In this document: positions 10,034 through 21,171 of the stretch, one piece after another
Position numbering within the stretch: the stretch's first letter is position 1
Layout: each line of letters begins with the position of its first letter
DNA from: an uncultured Actinomycetes bacterium
GTDB taxonomy: Bacteria > Actinomycetota > Acidimicrobiia > IMCC26256 > PALSA-610
DNA: 64,000 bases
Direction: 5' to 3'
Assembly: GCA_963708105.1 (NCBI GenBank)
Contig: OY970186.1
Span: 3,083,221 to 3,147,220 of the forward strand
The notes under the pieces: model-generated
What the model was told of the DNA's origin: nothing
Seen by the model: the letters and a program-made list of their open reading frames with translations, nothing else
Database searches by the model: none
Program-made: the position numbers and the translations under genes

Positions 10034-10706
10034 GCTTCCTGCGCGACGCGCTGCTCGTCGCGGGCAAGGACCTGCGTATCGAGCGCCGTTCGCGGGTGGC
10101 GCTCCAGCAGATCATCCCGTTCGGCGCCGTCGTGGTGATGTTGTTCGCCTTCGCGCTCGATTCCGACCAGACGCTGCTGCATGCCGGCCGCGCCCGGGCT
10201 CTTCTGGGCCGCGGTTCTGCTCGCCGTCCTGCTCGCGGTCGGGCGTTCGTTCTCCATCGAAGAGGCGAACCGGGCGCGCGACGGCCTGCGGCTGTCGGGC
10301 CTCGACGGCGGCTCCATCTTCTTGGGCAAGGCCGCGGCCGTCGCGGTCGAGCTCTTCCTGCTCGAACTGGTCGTGGGCGCGTGCGGTCGTGGTGCTCTAC
10401 GACGTGTCGGTGCACGGAGCTGTCGTCCTGCTGTGTGCGGCCGTTGCCGCGACCATCGGACTGGCGGCCACCGGTACGGTTTACGGCGTGCTGGCCGGAG
10501 GATTGCGTGCCCGCGAGACGCTGGTGCCCCTGCTCCTGCTCCCGGCGGTCATGCCGGTGATGCTGGGCGCGACCCGTTCGTTCCAGGCCGCGCTCGCCAA
10601 CACTCCGGGCGACGCGTGGCCGTGGGTGCAGTTGCTCGTGGCGTTCGCGGTGCTCGCCGTGACTGCCGGGACGGTCGCGTTCGGACCGCTGTTGGAGGAA
10701 GCATGA
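10030..10706 (+). CDS. ccmB: Heme exporter membrane protein CcmB; frame-disrupted as assembled
   Basis: GTG 10030 overlaps the ccmA stop (GTGA). LLVAGKDLRIERRSRVALQQIIPFGAVVVMLFAFAL, PGLFWAAVLLAVLLAV, LVPLLLLPAVMPVMLGA. Two hops. Confidence 0.75.
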
Positions 10707-11428
10707 AACGGCTCTTCCTCGCCGCGACCCTCGTCGCCCTCGCCGTCACGGTCGTGTTCGCGTTGTGGATCACGCCGTCGCGTCCGAACCAGGGCTTCGA
10801 CGCGGTTCGCCTGCTGTACCTACACGTGCCCACCGCGTGGGTCGCCTACCTCGCGTTCGGTGTCACCGCGCTGGCGTCGGTGCTGTGGCTGTTCCCGCGT
10901 ACGCGGTCGACCACCTGGGATCTGCTCGCCGGCGCGTCGGCCGAAGTCGGGGTCGTGTTCACCGGGCTCACGCTCGTCCTCGGCTCACTCTGGGGCCGTC
11001 CGACTTGGGGCACGTGGTGGGAGTGGGACGCGCGGCTCACCACCACCGCGATCCTCTTCTTCTTGTACCTCGGCTACCTCGCGCTGCGGCGCACGGGCGC
11101 AACCTCCGACGAGCGCGGCAAGCGCTGCTCGATCGCCGCGATCATCGCGTTCGCCGACGTTCCGATCAGCTACCTGTCGGTCACGTGGTGGCAGACCCTG
11201 CACCAGCAGGGCACCATCTTCAACCCGCAGGACAAGGTGCTCATCGACGGGACGATGGCGTTCACCGTCGTCGCCGCGGTCGTCGCGTTCACGATGCTCT
11301 ACGCCTACCTCGTCCTCGACCGCTTCGAGCTCGCCCAGCTCGAGGAGGGCCGGGAAGAACGCGAGCTCGAACGGGCGATCGCGGAACGAGTGCGCGCCGA
11401 GACCGTGGAAGTGGGGGTGCCGGCGTGA
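10703..11428 (+). CDS. ccmC: Heme-handling protein CcmC
   Basis: Intact 241-aa reading from ATG 10703 (ATGA overlap with ccmB); WWD motif WGTWWEWDARL; multiple TM segments. Confidence 0.9.
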   Translation: MKRLFLAATLVALAVTVVFALWITPSRPNQGFDAVRLLYLHVPTAWVAYLAFGVTALASVLWLFPRTRSTTWDLLAGASAEVGVVFTGLTLVLGSLWGRPTWGTWWEWDARLTTTAILFFLYLGYLALRRTGATSDERGKRCSIAAIIAFADVPISYLSVTWWQTLHQQGTIFNPQDKVLIDGTMAFTVVAAVVAFTMLYAYLVLDRFELAQLEEGREERELERAIAERVRAETVEVGVPA

Positions 11429-11556
11429 GCAACAACTGGAGTTTCGTGATCGCGGGCTACTCGATCACCGCGGTCGCGCTCGTCGGCTACTTCGTCTGGA
11501 TCAAGCAACGCACGCGTCAGCTCCGCCGGAGCATGCGCGACGAGAACCGTGACTGA
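11425..11556 (+). CDS. ccmD: CcmD-like small membrane protein
   Basis: 43 codons, GTG 11425 overlaps the ccmC stop. Single TM WSFVIAGYSITAVALVGYFVWI followed by a basic tail. Assigned by size and position. Confidence 0.55.
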   Translation: MSNNWSFVIAGYSITAVALVGYFVWIKQRTRQLRRSMRDENRD

Positions 11557-11604
11557 CACGTCGCTCGGTCGCGTCGCCGCTCGCCGCCCCGCAAGCGCAA
11601 CCGG

Positions 11605-12015
11605 TTGCGCTACGTCATCGTCGCCGTCCTGTGCCTCGGCGCGGTCGGTTGGATGCTGGTGCTGATGCAGAAGAACGTCGTGTTCTTCAAGACGGTGTCG
11701 CAAGCCGTGCACGACGAATCCCACGACGGGGTGCGCACGATGCGCATCGGCGGCGGCGTGCTCCCGGCGAGCATCAAGCAGAACTCGAACGGTGCCGACT
11801 TCGACCTCACCGAAGGCGGAGTGACGGTGCACGTGCATCACACCGGCGACGAGCCCGAGCTGTTCAAGGACTGTGCGCCCGTGGTGGCCGAGGGTCATTG
11901 GAGTGCACCGGGCTCCGACGCGTTCGACTCGACGCGGCTGCTGATCAAGCACGGCGCCGACTACACGCCGCCCAAGACGGCGACGCAGTGCCCGGCCGAC
12001 CCCTTCAAGACTTGA
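11605..12015 (+). CDS. ccmE: Heme chaperone CcmE
   Basis: N-terminal TM VIVAVLCLGAVGWMLVL, OB-fold-like core, heme-binding HxxxY as KHGADY. The true start may lie upstream (GTG 11549 in another frame). Confidence 0.85.
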   Translation: MRYVIVAVLCLGAVGWMLVLMQKNVVFFKTVSQAVHDESHDGVRTMRIGGGVLPASIKQNSNGADFDLTEGGVTVHVHHTGDEPELFKDCAPVVAEGHWSAPGSDAFDSTRLLIKHGADYTPPKTATQCPADPFKT

Positions 12016-12034
12016 TGGCCCGTCGGTTGGTGGC

Positions 12035-14078
12035 ATGAGAGGCCAGCTCGGCTACGGACTGCTGACGATCGGGACCGTCGCGTCGGCGCTCGGCGTCGCC
12101 ACGCTCGCGACCGGTCTCGCTACCGGCCGCCGCGCGCTGCTCGACATCGGGCGGCGTTACGTCGCGGTCATCCTGGTGGCGGCGGTCGGCGGCGTTCGTC
12201 GTGATGGAGACCGCGCTCTACGGCCACGACTTCACGCTGAAGTACGTCAGCCGACAACGTCGCCCGCGCCACGCCCGGGCTCTACACGTTCACTGCCGCG
12301 TGGGGGGCGCTCGAGGGCTCGATCCTGCTGTGGGCGTTGCTGCTTGTCGGTCTACGTCGCGGTCGTCGACATGGCGGTTCCGGAATCGTTCCGACGACCC
12401 GCTCGTCGCGTGGGCCACGCTGGTGCAGTACGCGATCCTGTTGTTCTTCTTCGCCCTGATGCTCTTCGCGGCCAACCCGTTCAAGGCGCAACCGGGCTCG
12501 ATCCCGCTCGACGGCGCGGGCCCGAACCCGCTACTGCAGAACCATCCGCTCGTCGCGATCCATCCACCGTTCCTCTACGCGGGCTACGTCGGGTTCGCGA
12601 TCCCGTTCTCGTTCGCGATCGCCGCGCTGATCACCGGGCGCTTCGGCGAAGGGCTGGCTCGCGGCGGTGCGGCGCACGACGCTCATCTCGTGGGGCTTCC
12701 TCACCGTCGGCATCGTGCTCGGCGCATGGTGGAGCTACTCGGTGCTCGGCTGGGGCGGCTTCTGGGGTTGGGATCCGGTCGAGAACGCGTCGCTGCTGCC
12801 CTGGCTCACCGCGACCGCGTTCATCCATTCGGTGATGGTGCAGGAGCGCCGCGGGATGCTGCGCGTCTGGAACCTCTCGCTCGTGCTCGTCGACGTTCTG
12901 CCTCACGATCCTCGGCACGTTCCTGACCCGGTCCGGCGTCATCAACTCGGTGCACGCGTTCTCGCAGTCGAACATCGGCCCGTGGCTGTTGACGTTCCTC
13001 GGCATCTGCGCGTTCGTGAGTGTCGGCCTGATCGTCTGGCGCGGCGACAAGCTCCGTTCGCCGGGCCGCATCGACTCTGCGGTCTCGCGCGAAGCCGCGT
13101 TCCTGTTGAACAACCTGCTGTTCGCCGGGTTCGCGTTCGTCGTGCTGACCGGCACGGTGTTCCCGCTGCTCGTCGAGGCGCTGCAGAACAAGCAGATCAC
13201 GGTGGGAGAGCCGTACTTCACCCGGCTCGGGCGTTCCGATCGGGATCGCGTTGCTGTTCCTCATGGCGGTCGGGCCGGTGCTGCCGTGGCGCGCCGCGAG
13301 CGGGCAGCTGCTGCGCGACCGGCTGCTGGTTCCGGCGTGGGCCGGCGCGATCACGCTCGTCGTGCTGTTGATCGCCGGCGCGCACGGCATCGCGAACGTC
13401 GGCGCCTTCGCGCTCGGCGCGTTCGCGCTGACGAGCATCGGCCGCACGGTCGTCGTCGGCGTCCGGGCCCGCAAACGCGCGAGCCATCGAGGCGCTGCCC
13501 GTCGCGGCGGCGCGCACGGTGCGTTCGAATCCGCGGCTGTACGGCGGCTTGCTCGTACACGTCGGTGTGGTCGTGGTCGCGATCGCGCTCGCGACGACCG
13601 GCGGCTACACGACGAAGAAGACGGTCGAGCTCTCGGTCGGCGAGTCGGCGCGGGTGCGCGGTTACACCGTGACGTACCTCGGTCGGCAGGTCGACCAGTC
13701 GGCGCAGAAGACGACGATCAAGGCGCGTGTCCACGTGAGCGGCGGTGTGGGCGAGCTCGCACCCGCGATCTCGACGTTCCCGAACGCGGCCGAGGGCATC
13801 GGCACGCCGTCGATCCACACGACGCCGTTCCGCGACTTCTACCTCACTCTCGTGTCGTCGCCGACGTCCGGTCGGGTCACGATCGGCGTGCAGATCGGCA
13901 CGATGGTGATGTTCCTCTGGATCGGCGGGCTGATCATGGCGCTCGGGCTGTGCGCTCGCGCTCGATCCCGGCCCGCAAGCGCGACGTGCTTCCGCGACCG
14001 ACGGTCGACGCGGCGGGTGCGGGCGGCGACGACGACCCCGAGACCGACCCGGCTCCGCTCGCCGAGGCCAACGCCTGA
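12035..14078 (+). CDS. ccmF: Cytochrome c heme lyase subunit CcmF; heavily frame-disrupted as assembled
   Basis: [31 protein letters not shown] motif [70 protein letters not shown]; at least 8 hops in about 2 kb. Confidence 0.85.
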
Positions 14079-14641
14079 TGAAGTTGCCCGATCCGCTGGA
14101 TCGCGCTCGCCGTCGGCGTCGTTGCTGGTGGCGTTCGGCGATCGTGCTCGCGGTACAGCACCAAGCCGGATTCGCCGTCGGTGCCGCGGCTCGTGCAGGA
14201 GCACCGGCCGGCGCCCGCGTTCACGCCTGAAGAGCCTCGACGGCAAGCCGATCACGTCGGCGTCGCTGAAGGGCAAGACGTACGTCGTCAACTTCTTCAA
14301 CAGCTGGTGCATCCCGTGCCAGCAGGAAGCGCCTGCGCTGAAGGCGTTCTACGCCGAGCACAAGCCAAGGACCCCGACTTCGCGATGGTCGGCATCATCA
14401 TCAACGACGACGCGTCGACGATGCGCACGTACGTGCGAACGGAGCACATCACGTGGCCCGTCGGCAGCGATCCGCAACGGCGCGGCGTCGCTCGAGCTTC
14501 GGCACGACGGGCCAGCCCGAGACCTACGTCATCGCGCCCGACGGCGTCGCGGTGTGCGGCGACCTCGGTGCGTCGACCCAGGCCGAGCTCGACACGTGGC
14601 TGCAGGCCGCGCGCGCCGGCCAAGAGTGCACGCGAGCATGA
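14078..14641 (+). CDS. ccmG: Thiol:disulfide oxidoreductase CcmG/DsbE (TlpA/ResA-like); frame-disrupted as assembled
   Basis: ATG 14078 overlaps the ccmF stop; thioredoxin motif NSWCIPCQQE, GKTYVVNFF, GQPETYVIAPDG; three hops. Confidence 0.8.
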
Positions 14642-14642
14642 C

Positions 14643-15139
14643 GTGAAGCTCGCGCAAGTTGTTGCCGTGGGTCGCGCTCGGTCGCGGTCGTGATCGTCGG
14701 CGTGGTCGTGCTCGTCGGCCGCTCCGGCCCGACGAACTCGCCCGCAGCGCGCGCCGAACCGGCTGGAGCACCAACTCGCGTGCCCGGTGTGCGAGGGCCA
14801 GTCGGTGTTCGACAGCAACTCGCTCGCAGTCGGCGGCCATTCGCGACGACATCCCGCGCCGCATCGCCGCGGGCCAGTCCGACGACGAGATCCGCGACGT
14901 ACTACGTGACGCTGTACGGCGAGAAGATGCTGGAGACGCCGTCGAACTCCGGCCTCGGCATCGTCGCCTGGGGTGTGCCTGCGCTGGCGGTCATTCTCGG
15001 TGCGGCCGGCATCTTCGTCGCGGTCCGCCGTTGGAGTCACACGCCCCGGCTCGCCGCGACTGACGAGCCGACGAAGCCATCGTCCGCCAGGCCGCAGCGC
15101 GACAGAAGTCGCAAGATCCCGAGGCGGGAGCATGAGTGA
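14643..15139 (+). CDS. ccmH: CcmH/NrfF-type cytochrome c biogenesis protein; frame-disrupted as assembled
   Basis: CPVCEGQSV (CXXC), IRDDIPRRIAAGQSDDEIRDYYV, C-terminal TM GIVAWGVPALAVILGAAGIFV; about three hops. Confidence 0.7.
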
Positions 15140-16003
15140 GGCCGAGGTGCACGAGAGCCTCGAAGCCGAGCGCGACTTCCTGCTGCGTTCGCTCGACGAT
15201 CTCGACTCCGAACTGCTCGCCGGCAACATCGATCCCGACACCTACCGCGGTCCTGCACGACGATTACACGGCGCGCGCCTCGGCCGTCATCCAGTCGATC
15301 GCCGACGGAGTCGAGCGCCGCGAGCCGACCGGGCCGCGGGCGCCGCTCCGGCTGCGCGGCGCTGACGATCGGTGGCATCGTCGTGTTCGCGATCCTGGCC
15401 GCGATCCTGCTCGCGCACACGGTCGGTCAACGCAGCCCGAACGGCGAGATCACCGGCGACGCGCAGGCGAGCGGATCGCAGTCGACGGCAACGACGACAC
15501 CGACCGCCGACCTGGCCGCGGCGAAGGCCGCGGCCGCGGCTCAGCCCAAGAGCTACGACGCGCAGATCGCCTACGCCCGGGCCCTGCTCACCGCCGGGGA
15601 CACGACCGACGCCAGCCAGCAATATCTCGCGGCGGCGCAGGTCGGTCCGACGCAGGCCGAACCGCTCGCGTACGCGGGCTACCTCAGCACGCTGGCGGTC
15701 GCCGAGCCAGCGCCGACGCGGCCGACGAAACAGACGCTGCACGACTGCCGCGGCCGGGAATCTCGAACGGGCGATCGCGCTTGATCCGACCTACCCTGAC
15801 TCGTATGCGTTCAAGGGTCTCCTGCTGACGCAGATCGAGAACAAGCAGTGCCCGGGCGCGCTCGCCTTCGCAACAGTTCCTGGCGATCGCACCCGGCGAC
15901 CATCCGCTCCGGCCTCGAAGTCTCGACTGCGCTCGCGCAGGCGGTGACGGCCGGCAAATGCCCGCAACCGAAGTCGATTCCCCCGAGTACCACCAAGCCG
16001 TAA
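15132..16003 (+). CDS. CcmI-like TPR membrane protein; frame-disrupted as assembled
   Basis: ATG 15132 overlaps the ccmH end. TM GGIVVFAILAAILLAHTV, then TPR-like YDAQIAYARALLTAGD, AEPLAYAGY, ERAIALDPTYPDSYAFKGLLL. TAA 16001-16003. Assigned by position and TPR content only. Confidence 0.5.
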
Positions 16004-16028
16004 GGCGCCAAGCCGTTAGGAGCCCGTC

Positions 16029-16505
16029 GTGGCCAAGAAGATGCCCGAGCCGCAGACCGACGCGAACAAGATCTACCGCGTGACGATCACGACCGACCGA
16101 GGTTCGATCGTGATGGATCTCGACCCGCAGCTCGCGCCGAACACCGTCAACAACTTCATCGGCCTCGCGCGCGACGGCTACTACGACGGGCTCACCTTCC
16201 ACCGCGTCGTTCCCGAGTTCGTGATCCAAGGCGGTTGCCCCGAAGGCAGCGGCCGCGGTGGTCCCGGTTACAAGTTCGCCGACGAGCCGGTGAAGGGCGA
16301 GTACACGCTCGGCGCGGTGGCGATGGCCAACGCCGGTCCCGACACCAACGGGTCGCAGTTCTTCATCTGCATCGACGACTGCACGCGCAAGCTCACCCCG
16401 AACTACAACCTCTTCGGCCACGTCGTCGAGGGCATCGACGTCGCGCAGGCCACCAAGGTCGGCGACAAGTTCACCAAGTTCGAAGTCGAAGAGCGCGACC
16501 GGTAA
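16029..16505 (+). CDS. Cyclophilin-type peptidyl-prolyl cis-trans isomerase
   Basis: Intact 158-aa ORF (GTG start); FHRVVPEFVIQGGCP, AMANAGPDTNGSQFFI. Confidence 0.9.
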   Translation: MAKKMPEPQTDANKIYRVTITTDRGSIVMDLDPQLAPNTVNNFIGLARDGYYDGLTFHRVVPEFVIQGGCPEGSGRGGPGYKFADEPVKGEYTLGAVAMANAGPDTNGSQFFICIDDCTRKLTPNYNLFGHVVEGIDVAQATKVGDKFTKFEVEERDR

Positions 16506-16518
16506 TCGCCGTGCGGGA

Positions 16519-17354
16519 TTAGCTGGCGGCGTCGATGAGGCCGTAGCGCTTGCGGATCGCGCGCACGATCGTGCCGAAGAACGAGCGCGTCGACGGCGAC
16601 GCCGACAACGAAGATCACGATCATCGTTTCGTAGACGCCGATGAAGTCCGCGTTCTGATACGCGTTGTTGAGCAGCGCGCCGATGCCGATGTGACCCGGG
16701 AAGATCGTGATCAGCTCGCCGGCCATGAGGCTGCGCCAGGCGAACGCCCAACCCTGTTTCAGACCGCTCACCACCGACGGCAACGCGGCGGGGATGACGA
16801 CGTAGCGCAACGACGTCCAGCCCTTCGCGCCGAGCACGCGTCCGGCGCGCAGTAAGCAGCGGCGGAACGTTGTCGATGCCGTCGATGATGCCGTTCGCGA
16901 TCGACGGTGCCGCGCCGAGGATGACGACGAAGAGGATCGCGCGCTCACTGAGCTGGAACAGGACGATCGCGAGCGGTACCCATGCGACCGACGGCATGGT
17001 CTGCAAGCCGGTGATCATCGACCCGATCGCGGCCCGTAGAACCGGGACGCGCGCGACGGCGAGGCCGATGATGCGAGCCGAGCACGATGGATATGCCGAA
17101 TCCGACCGCCGCCCGGCGCATCGTCACGCCCAATGCCCGCGCGAGTGCGCGCCGCGTCGTCGGGGAAATGGCGCGAGGACGGTGAACGGCGACGGGATGA
17201 TGTATTCCGGCTTCCAACCCGTCCACACGAGTATCTGCCAGGCGCCGATGAAGATCGCGACCGCGAGCAGCTTGGGCCATACCGCGGGCCAGAGCCGGCG
17301 GCCGGCCGGCTTCGATGTCAGCTCCGTGACGAGAACGCGCGTCGGCGACGTCAA
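16519..17354 (-). CDS. ABC importer permease (nitrate/sulfonate/taurine type); frame-disrupted as assembled
   Basis: WPKLLAVAIFIGAWQILVW, PSVAWVPLAIVLF, AALPSVVSGLKQGWAFAWRSLMAGELI; three frames used. Confidence 0.8.
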
Positions 17355-18129
17355 CTGCCATTGCCGACCTCGGCCTTGAGGCGATCGGTGATCGTGGCCG
17401 CGAGAGTGGCGACCTCGGTCGAGTCGATGCGCCGCGGCCGCGGGATGTCGACGGGGAAGATCTCCGCGACGCGGCCCGGCCGGCTCGCCAGCAGCACCAC
17501 CCGATCACCGAGGCGCACGGCCTCGCGCACGTTGTGCGTCACGAACATCACGGTCTTGCCCGTGTTGCGCCAAACCGTCTCGAGCTCGTCGTGCAGACGG
17601 TCGCGCGTCATCGCGTCGAGCGCACCGAACGGCTCGTCCATCAGGAGCACTTCCGCGTTCTGGGCGAGCGCACGCGCCAGCGCGACGCGCTGGCGCATAC
17701 CGCCCGAAAGCTCGTGCGGTCGCTTCTTGTCGAACTCGCCGAGGTGAACCATGTCGAGCAGTTGGTCGGTCGCGCGTACGCCGTTCGTCACGGCCGACGC
17801 CGTCGAGCTTCAACGCCAGCTCCACGTTGCCGCGCGCCGTCAACCACGGGAACAACGCCGCTTCTTGGAACATGAGGCCCGTGCGATTGGCGCGCACGTC
17901 GACCTGGCCCGACGTCGGGCTGGTCGAGCCCGGCGACGATGTTCAGCAGCGTGCTCTTGCCGCAGCCCGACGCGCCGAGCAAGCAGACGAACTCGCCCGG
18001 CGCAACGTCGAGACTGATGTGGTCGAGTGCGAGCACCGAGGCGCGACCGTTCCCGAACACCTTCGTCACGTCGACGATCGAGACCGCCGCAGGCTGAGTT
18101 CGGGGTTCGAGTTCGGTCGTCGCGGTCAC
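17351..18129 (-). CDS. ABC importer ATP-binding protein (SsuB/TauB-like); frame-disrupted as assembled
   Basis: [38 protein letters not shown]; GTG 18129 overlaps the stop of the binding-protein gene. Confidence 0.85.
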
Positions 18130-19214
18130 GAGGATATGGCCGGCTTCCCCTCGGCCTGCAAAACCTGGTTGAGCAGCGTGAGGTCGAAGATCTGTCCGAG
18201 GTCGCTCGACTTCAGGAAGCCGAGATGCCTTGGCGTGATCGGCGTTCGTCTGCAGCGAAGATTTGATCGGGTCGAGCGTGAAGCTGACCTGTTCGAACGA
18301 CGCCTTCGATGCACGTCCGGCTTCAACGGCTTGCCCGTGAGCGCCTTCAGACCGTCGTTGACTTCGGCCTGCGCCTTGGCCGGGTCGGACTTGATGAGGT
18401 CGATCGCGTCGGAGAGCCCGCTGATGAGGTTCTTGATGACGTCGTCGTGGGCGTCGAGGTAGTCGGTCTTCACCATGAGCAACGTCGTGACGAACTGACC
18501 GTTCGGCCACAGCGCTCGCCTCGTTGACGAGGATCTTGCCGCCGCCTTCGGCGACCAGGCGGCTCGCGTACGGCTCGGGCACCCACGCGCCGTCGATCGC
18601 CCCCGACTGCGAACGCGGTGAGGGTGACGGAGTTGTCCTCGGGAACGATGGTGACGTCGCCGCCGTCCTTGGTCTCGTGCAGCCCGTTGTTGTTCAACCA
18701 CGTGCGCAGCGCGACGTCTTGGGTGTTGCCGAGCTGCGGGGTGGCGATCTTCTTGCCCTTGAGGTCGGCCGCGCCGTTGATGCTCGGACTTCACGACGAG
18801 GTCGGCGCCGCCCGACGCGGTACCGGACACGATCCGGATCCCGCCGTTCGTCTTCTGGTACGCGTTGATCGCGGGGTTCGGGCCGACGAACGACGCGTCG
18901 ATCGCGCCGGCGAGCAGCGCGGTGGTGGCCTCGGTGCCGGAGTTGAACGTCTTGAGCTCGAGCTTCACGTTCGGGCCGAGCTTGGCCGCGAACGAACCGC
19001 TCTGCGCGCCGATGATGGCGGGCGCGTGCGTGACGTTCGGGAAGTAGCCGAGGCGCAAGGTGACGGTCTTGGTGTCGCCGGAACCGGTGCCGGTGCTCGG
19101 TGAACCGCTCTTCGAGCTACTGCCGCACGCGGCGAGCACCAGGGCCAAGGCGGTGACGGTCGCCAGCGAGAAGATCATCCGGCGCCGAACGGGTCGGCGG
19201 GTTCGGGTGTTCAA
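18126..19214 (-). CDS. ABC importer substrate-binding lipoprotein (NMT1/SsuA-like); compensating indels
   Basis: Lipobox-like [50 protein letters not shown]. The central ~100 codons are Arg-rich out-of-frame reading. The sensible tail is [18 protein letters not shown]. Confidence 0.75.
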   Translation of the reverse strand: MNTRTRRPVRRRMIFSLATVTALALVLAACGSSSKSGSPSTGTGSGDTKTVTLRLGYFPNVTHAPAIIGAQSGSFAAKLGPNVKLELKTFNSGTEATTALLAGAIDASFVGPNPAINAYQKTNGGIRIVSGTASGGADLVVKSEHQRRGRPQGQEDRHPAARQHPRRRAAHVVEQQRAARDQGRRRRHHRSRGQLRHPHRVRSRGRSTARGCPSRTRAAWSPKAAARSSSTRRALWPNGQFVTTLLMVKTDYLDAHDDVIKNLISGLSDAIDLIKSDPAKAQAEVNDGLKALTGKPLKPDVHRRRRSNRSASRSTRSNLRCRRTPITPRHLGFLKSSDLGQIFDLTLLNQVLQAEGKPAISS

Positions 19215-19377
19215 GAGGTCCTCCGGTGCAGTAACTCGACTAAAGAAGTCGACAAGCTAGAGTATCAATCCGGCGGAGTCAAGCCGCCCGGGGTCGACGT
19301 GCGGCCGGACCTGGTCCGAAGCCGCTGGTCAGAAGGCCCGGCCCGCCGGCGGAGAAGACTCGGTAAGAATCACCTTC

Positions 19378-19842
19378 GTGCGGATCACGGCGAAGGCGGA
19401 CTACGCAGTACGGGCGGCGGTCGAGCTCGCGGCGGCCGAGAAAACGGGCAAACCGGTCAAGGGTGAATATCCTGGCCCGGCTCGCAGGGGATTCCGCAGA
19501 ACTTCCTCGAGAACATCCTCACCGAGCTGCGCCGGGCCGGGATCATCCGCACCCGCCGCGGGCGCCGACGGGGGATACCAGCTCGCCCGGCCCGCTGACG
19601 ACATCACCGTCGCCGACGTTCTCCGGGCCGTCGAAGGGCCACTGGCCGCGGTCCAGGGCATTCGCCCCGACCAGCTCGCCTACGGGGGTGCGGCCGAGCG
19701 GCTGCCCGAGGTGTGGGTCGCGCTGCGGGCCAGCCTGCGCGACGTGCTCGAGCACGTGACGCTGGCCGACATCGCCCGGGGCAAGCTGCCGGCCGTCGTG
19801 AAGGAGCGCACGCGCCCGAAGGACGCGTGGCGTGCCCACTAG
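19378..19842 (+). CDS. Rrf2 family transcriptional regulator; compensating indels
   Basis: RITAKADYAVRAAVELAAA (Rrf2 N-terminus), GGYQLARPADDITVADVLRAVEG; codons ~27-55 are out of frame; divergent from the ABC importer operon. Confidence 0.8.
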   Translation: MRITAKADYAVRAAVELAAAEKTGKPVKGEYPGPARRGFRRTSSRTSSPSCAGPGSSAPAAGADGGYQLARPADDITVADVLRAVEGPLAAVQGIRPDQLAYGGAAERLPEVWVALRASLRDVLEHVTLADIARGKLPAVVKERTRPKDAWRAH

Positions 19843-20582
19843 TCGGCCGAGTCGACGTGTCCCCGCTGCTGCCGTGGTGATCCTCGTTCTGTTCGTCGTC
19901 GTGTTCGCGGCCGTGGGGATCGCGGTCGTGGTGCTGCAGTACCGGGCGCGCGCCGCACGCGTGCGCGCGACTCGCCGCGCGTCGCGGCACGCATCGGGTT
20001 CACGTTCTCCAAGGCCGACGTCGACCACGTCGTCGATCTGCCGTTCGGCATCTTCCGGCAAGGGAACAAGCGCGCGGTCGAAAACGTCGTGTCGGGCACG
20101 CACGAAGGCGTGCCGATGCGGCTGTTCGACTACTGGTACTACGTCGAGTCGACGGGCGCAGTGGGAACGTACCGACGCTTCACGTGCGCGCTGGCGACGG
20201 TTCCGATCGCGTGCCCGGAGTTGCGCATCGGCCACGAGAACTCGTTGACGCGGCTCGGCGGGCGATCTCGGTATCCGCGACATCGAGCTCGAATACGACG
20301 ATTTCAACCGGCGCTTCCGGGTGAAGTGCGGCGACCAGAAGTTCGCCTTCTCGCTGCTCGACGGAAAGATGATGCAGTGGCTGCTCGACGCCGACGCGTT
20401 CCAGTCGGTCGAGATCGACGGGCCGTGGATTTCTCGTGGTGACGAACCGCATGGCGCCGGAGCGTTGGCTCGAACTCGGGAGCTGGCTGCGAGCAGTTCG
20501 TCCACCAGATCCCGCCGGTCGTGTACTCGACGTACCCGCCCCGGTGATCGCGTACGATTCGACCGCCGTGATCGGTTCATGA
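19832..20582 (+). CDS. Membrane-anchored hypothetical protein (DUF3137-like, LemA-associated); frame-disrupted
   Basis: TM AAAVVILVLFVVVFAAVGIAVVVL, then FTFSKADVDHVVDLPFGIFRQGNKRAVENVVSG, MRLFDYWYYVES, FNRRFRVKCGDQKFAFSLLDGKMMQWLL. ATGA coupling to lemA. Family name from memory, low certainty. Confidence 0.45.
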
Positions 20583-21153
20583 GCGCCCCGATCGTGCTCG
20601 GCGTGGTGGCCGTCGTCGTCATCGTGGTCGGGTCCATCATCTTCAACCGACTCGTCCGTCTGCGGAACCTGACCCGGGAGTCGTGGCGCGATGTCGACGC
20701 CGAGCTCCAGCGCCGCTACGACCTCATCCCGAATCTGGTGAACACGGTGAAGGGCTACGCCGCGTACGAGCGCTCGACGCTCGACGCCGTCACCGCGGTG
20801 CGGGCCGAGGCGATGGCAGTCGACGCGCGAGCCCGACGAGCAGGCCGCCCAGGAACAGGCCCTCGGGCGAGGGGTGGAGCATCTCCTCGCGGTGGCCGAG
20901 CGGTATCCGGAGCTGCACGCGAGTCGAGCAGTTCCTGAAGCTGCAGCAGGAGCTGGCCGACACCGAGGACCGCATCCAGGTGGCGCGGCGCATCTACAAC
21001 GCCAACGTGCGGGCCTACGACACCCTGATCGCAGACGTTCCCGGCGGTGCTGCTCGCCCGGCCCTTCGGATTCTCGGCCTCGCCGTACTTCCAGCTCGAC
21101 CCGATCGTCCGCGAGCGGGCCCGCCGCCGGTGGACTTGTCGGGCCGGACGTAG
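20579..21153 (+). CDS. lemA: LemA family protein; frame-disrupted as assembled
   Basis: TM VLGVVAVVVIVVGSIIF, NRLVRLRN, WRDVDAELQRRYDLIPNLV, EDRIQVARRIYNANVRAYD. Confidence 0.8.
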
Positions 21154-21171
21154 ACAAGTATAATACAGGTC
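21154..21171 (+). promoter_or_regulatory. Candidate -10 box plus GntR-type operator, consistent with a leaderless gntR transcript
   Basis: acaaGTATAATACaggt: a TATAAT hexamer at 21159-21164 inside the palindrome GTAT-A-ATAC, ending 8 nt before GTG 21172. Strikingly AT-rich for this genome. Confidence 0.4.

Noticed and set aside
13515-13545. tRNA-like T-loop (gttcgaatcc)
   Set aside because: The flanking bases do not form a T-stem or the rest of a cloverleaf, and the stretch lies inside the CcmF coding sequence ([10 protein letters not shown]).
19215-19377. TPP or other riboswitch upstream of the NMT1/THI5-like binding-protein operon, and an Rrf2 operator (tcgac-taaagaa-gtcga at 19236-19252)
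   Set aside because: No CTGAGA / ACCTGA-type TPP core or other riboswitch signature is present on either strand. The palindrome has only 5-bp arms, which is too weak to report as a feature.
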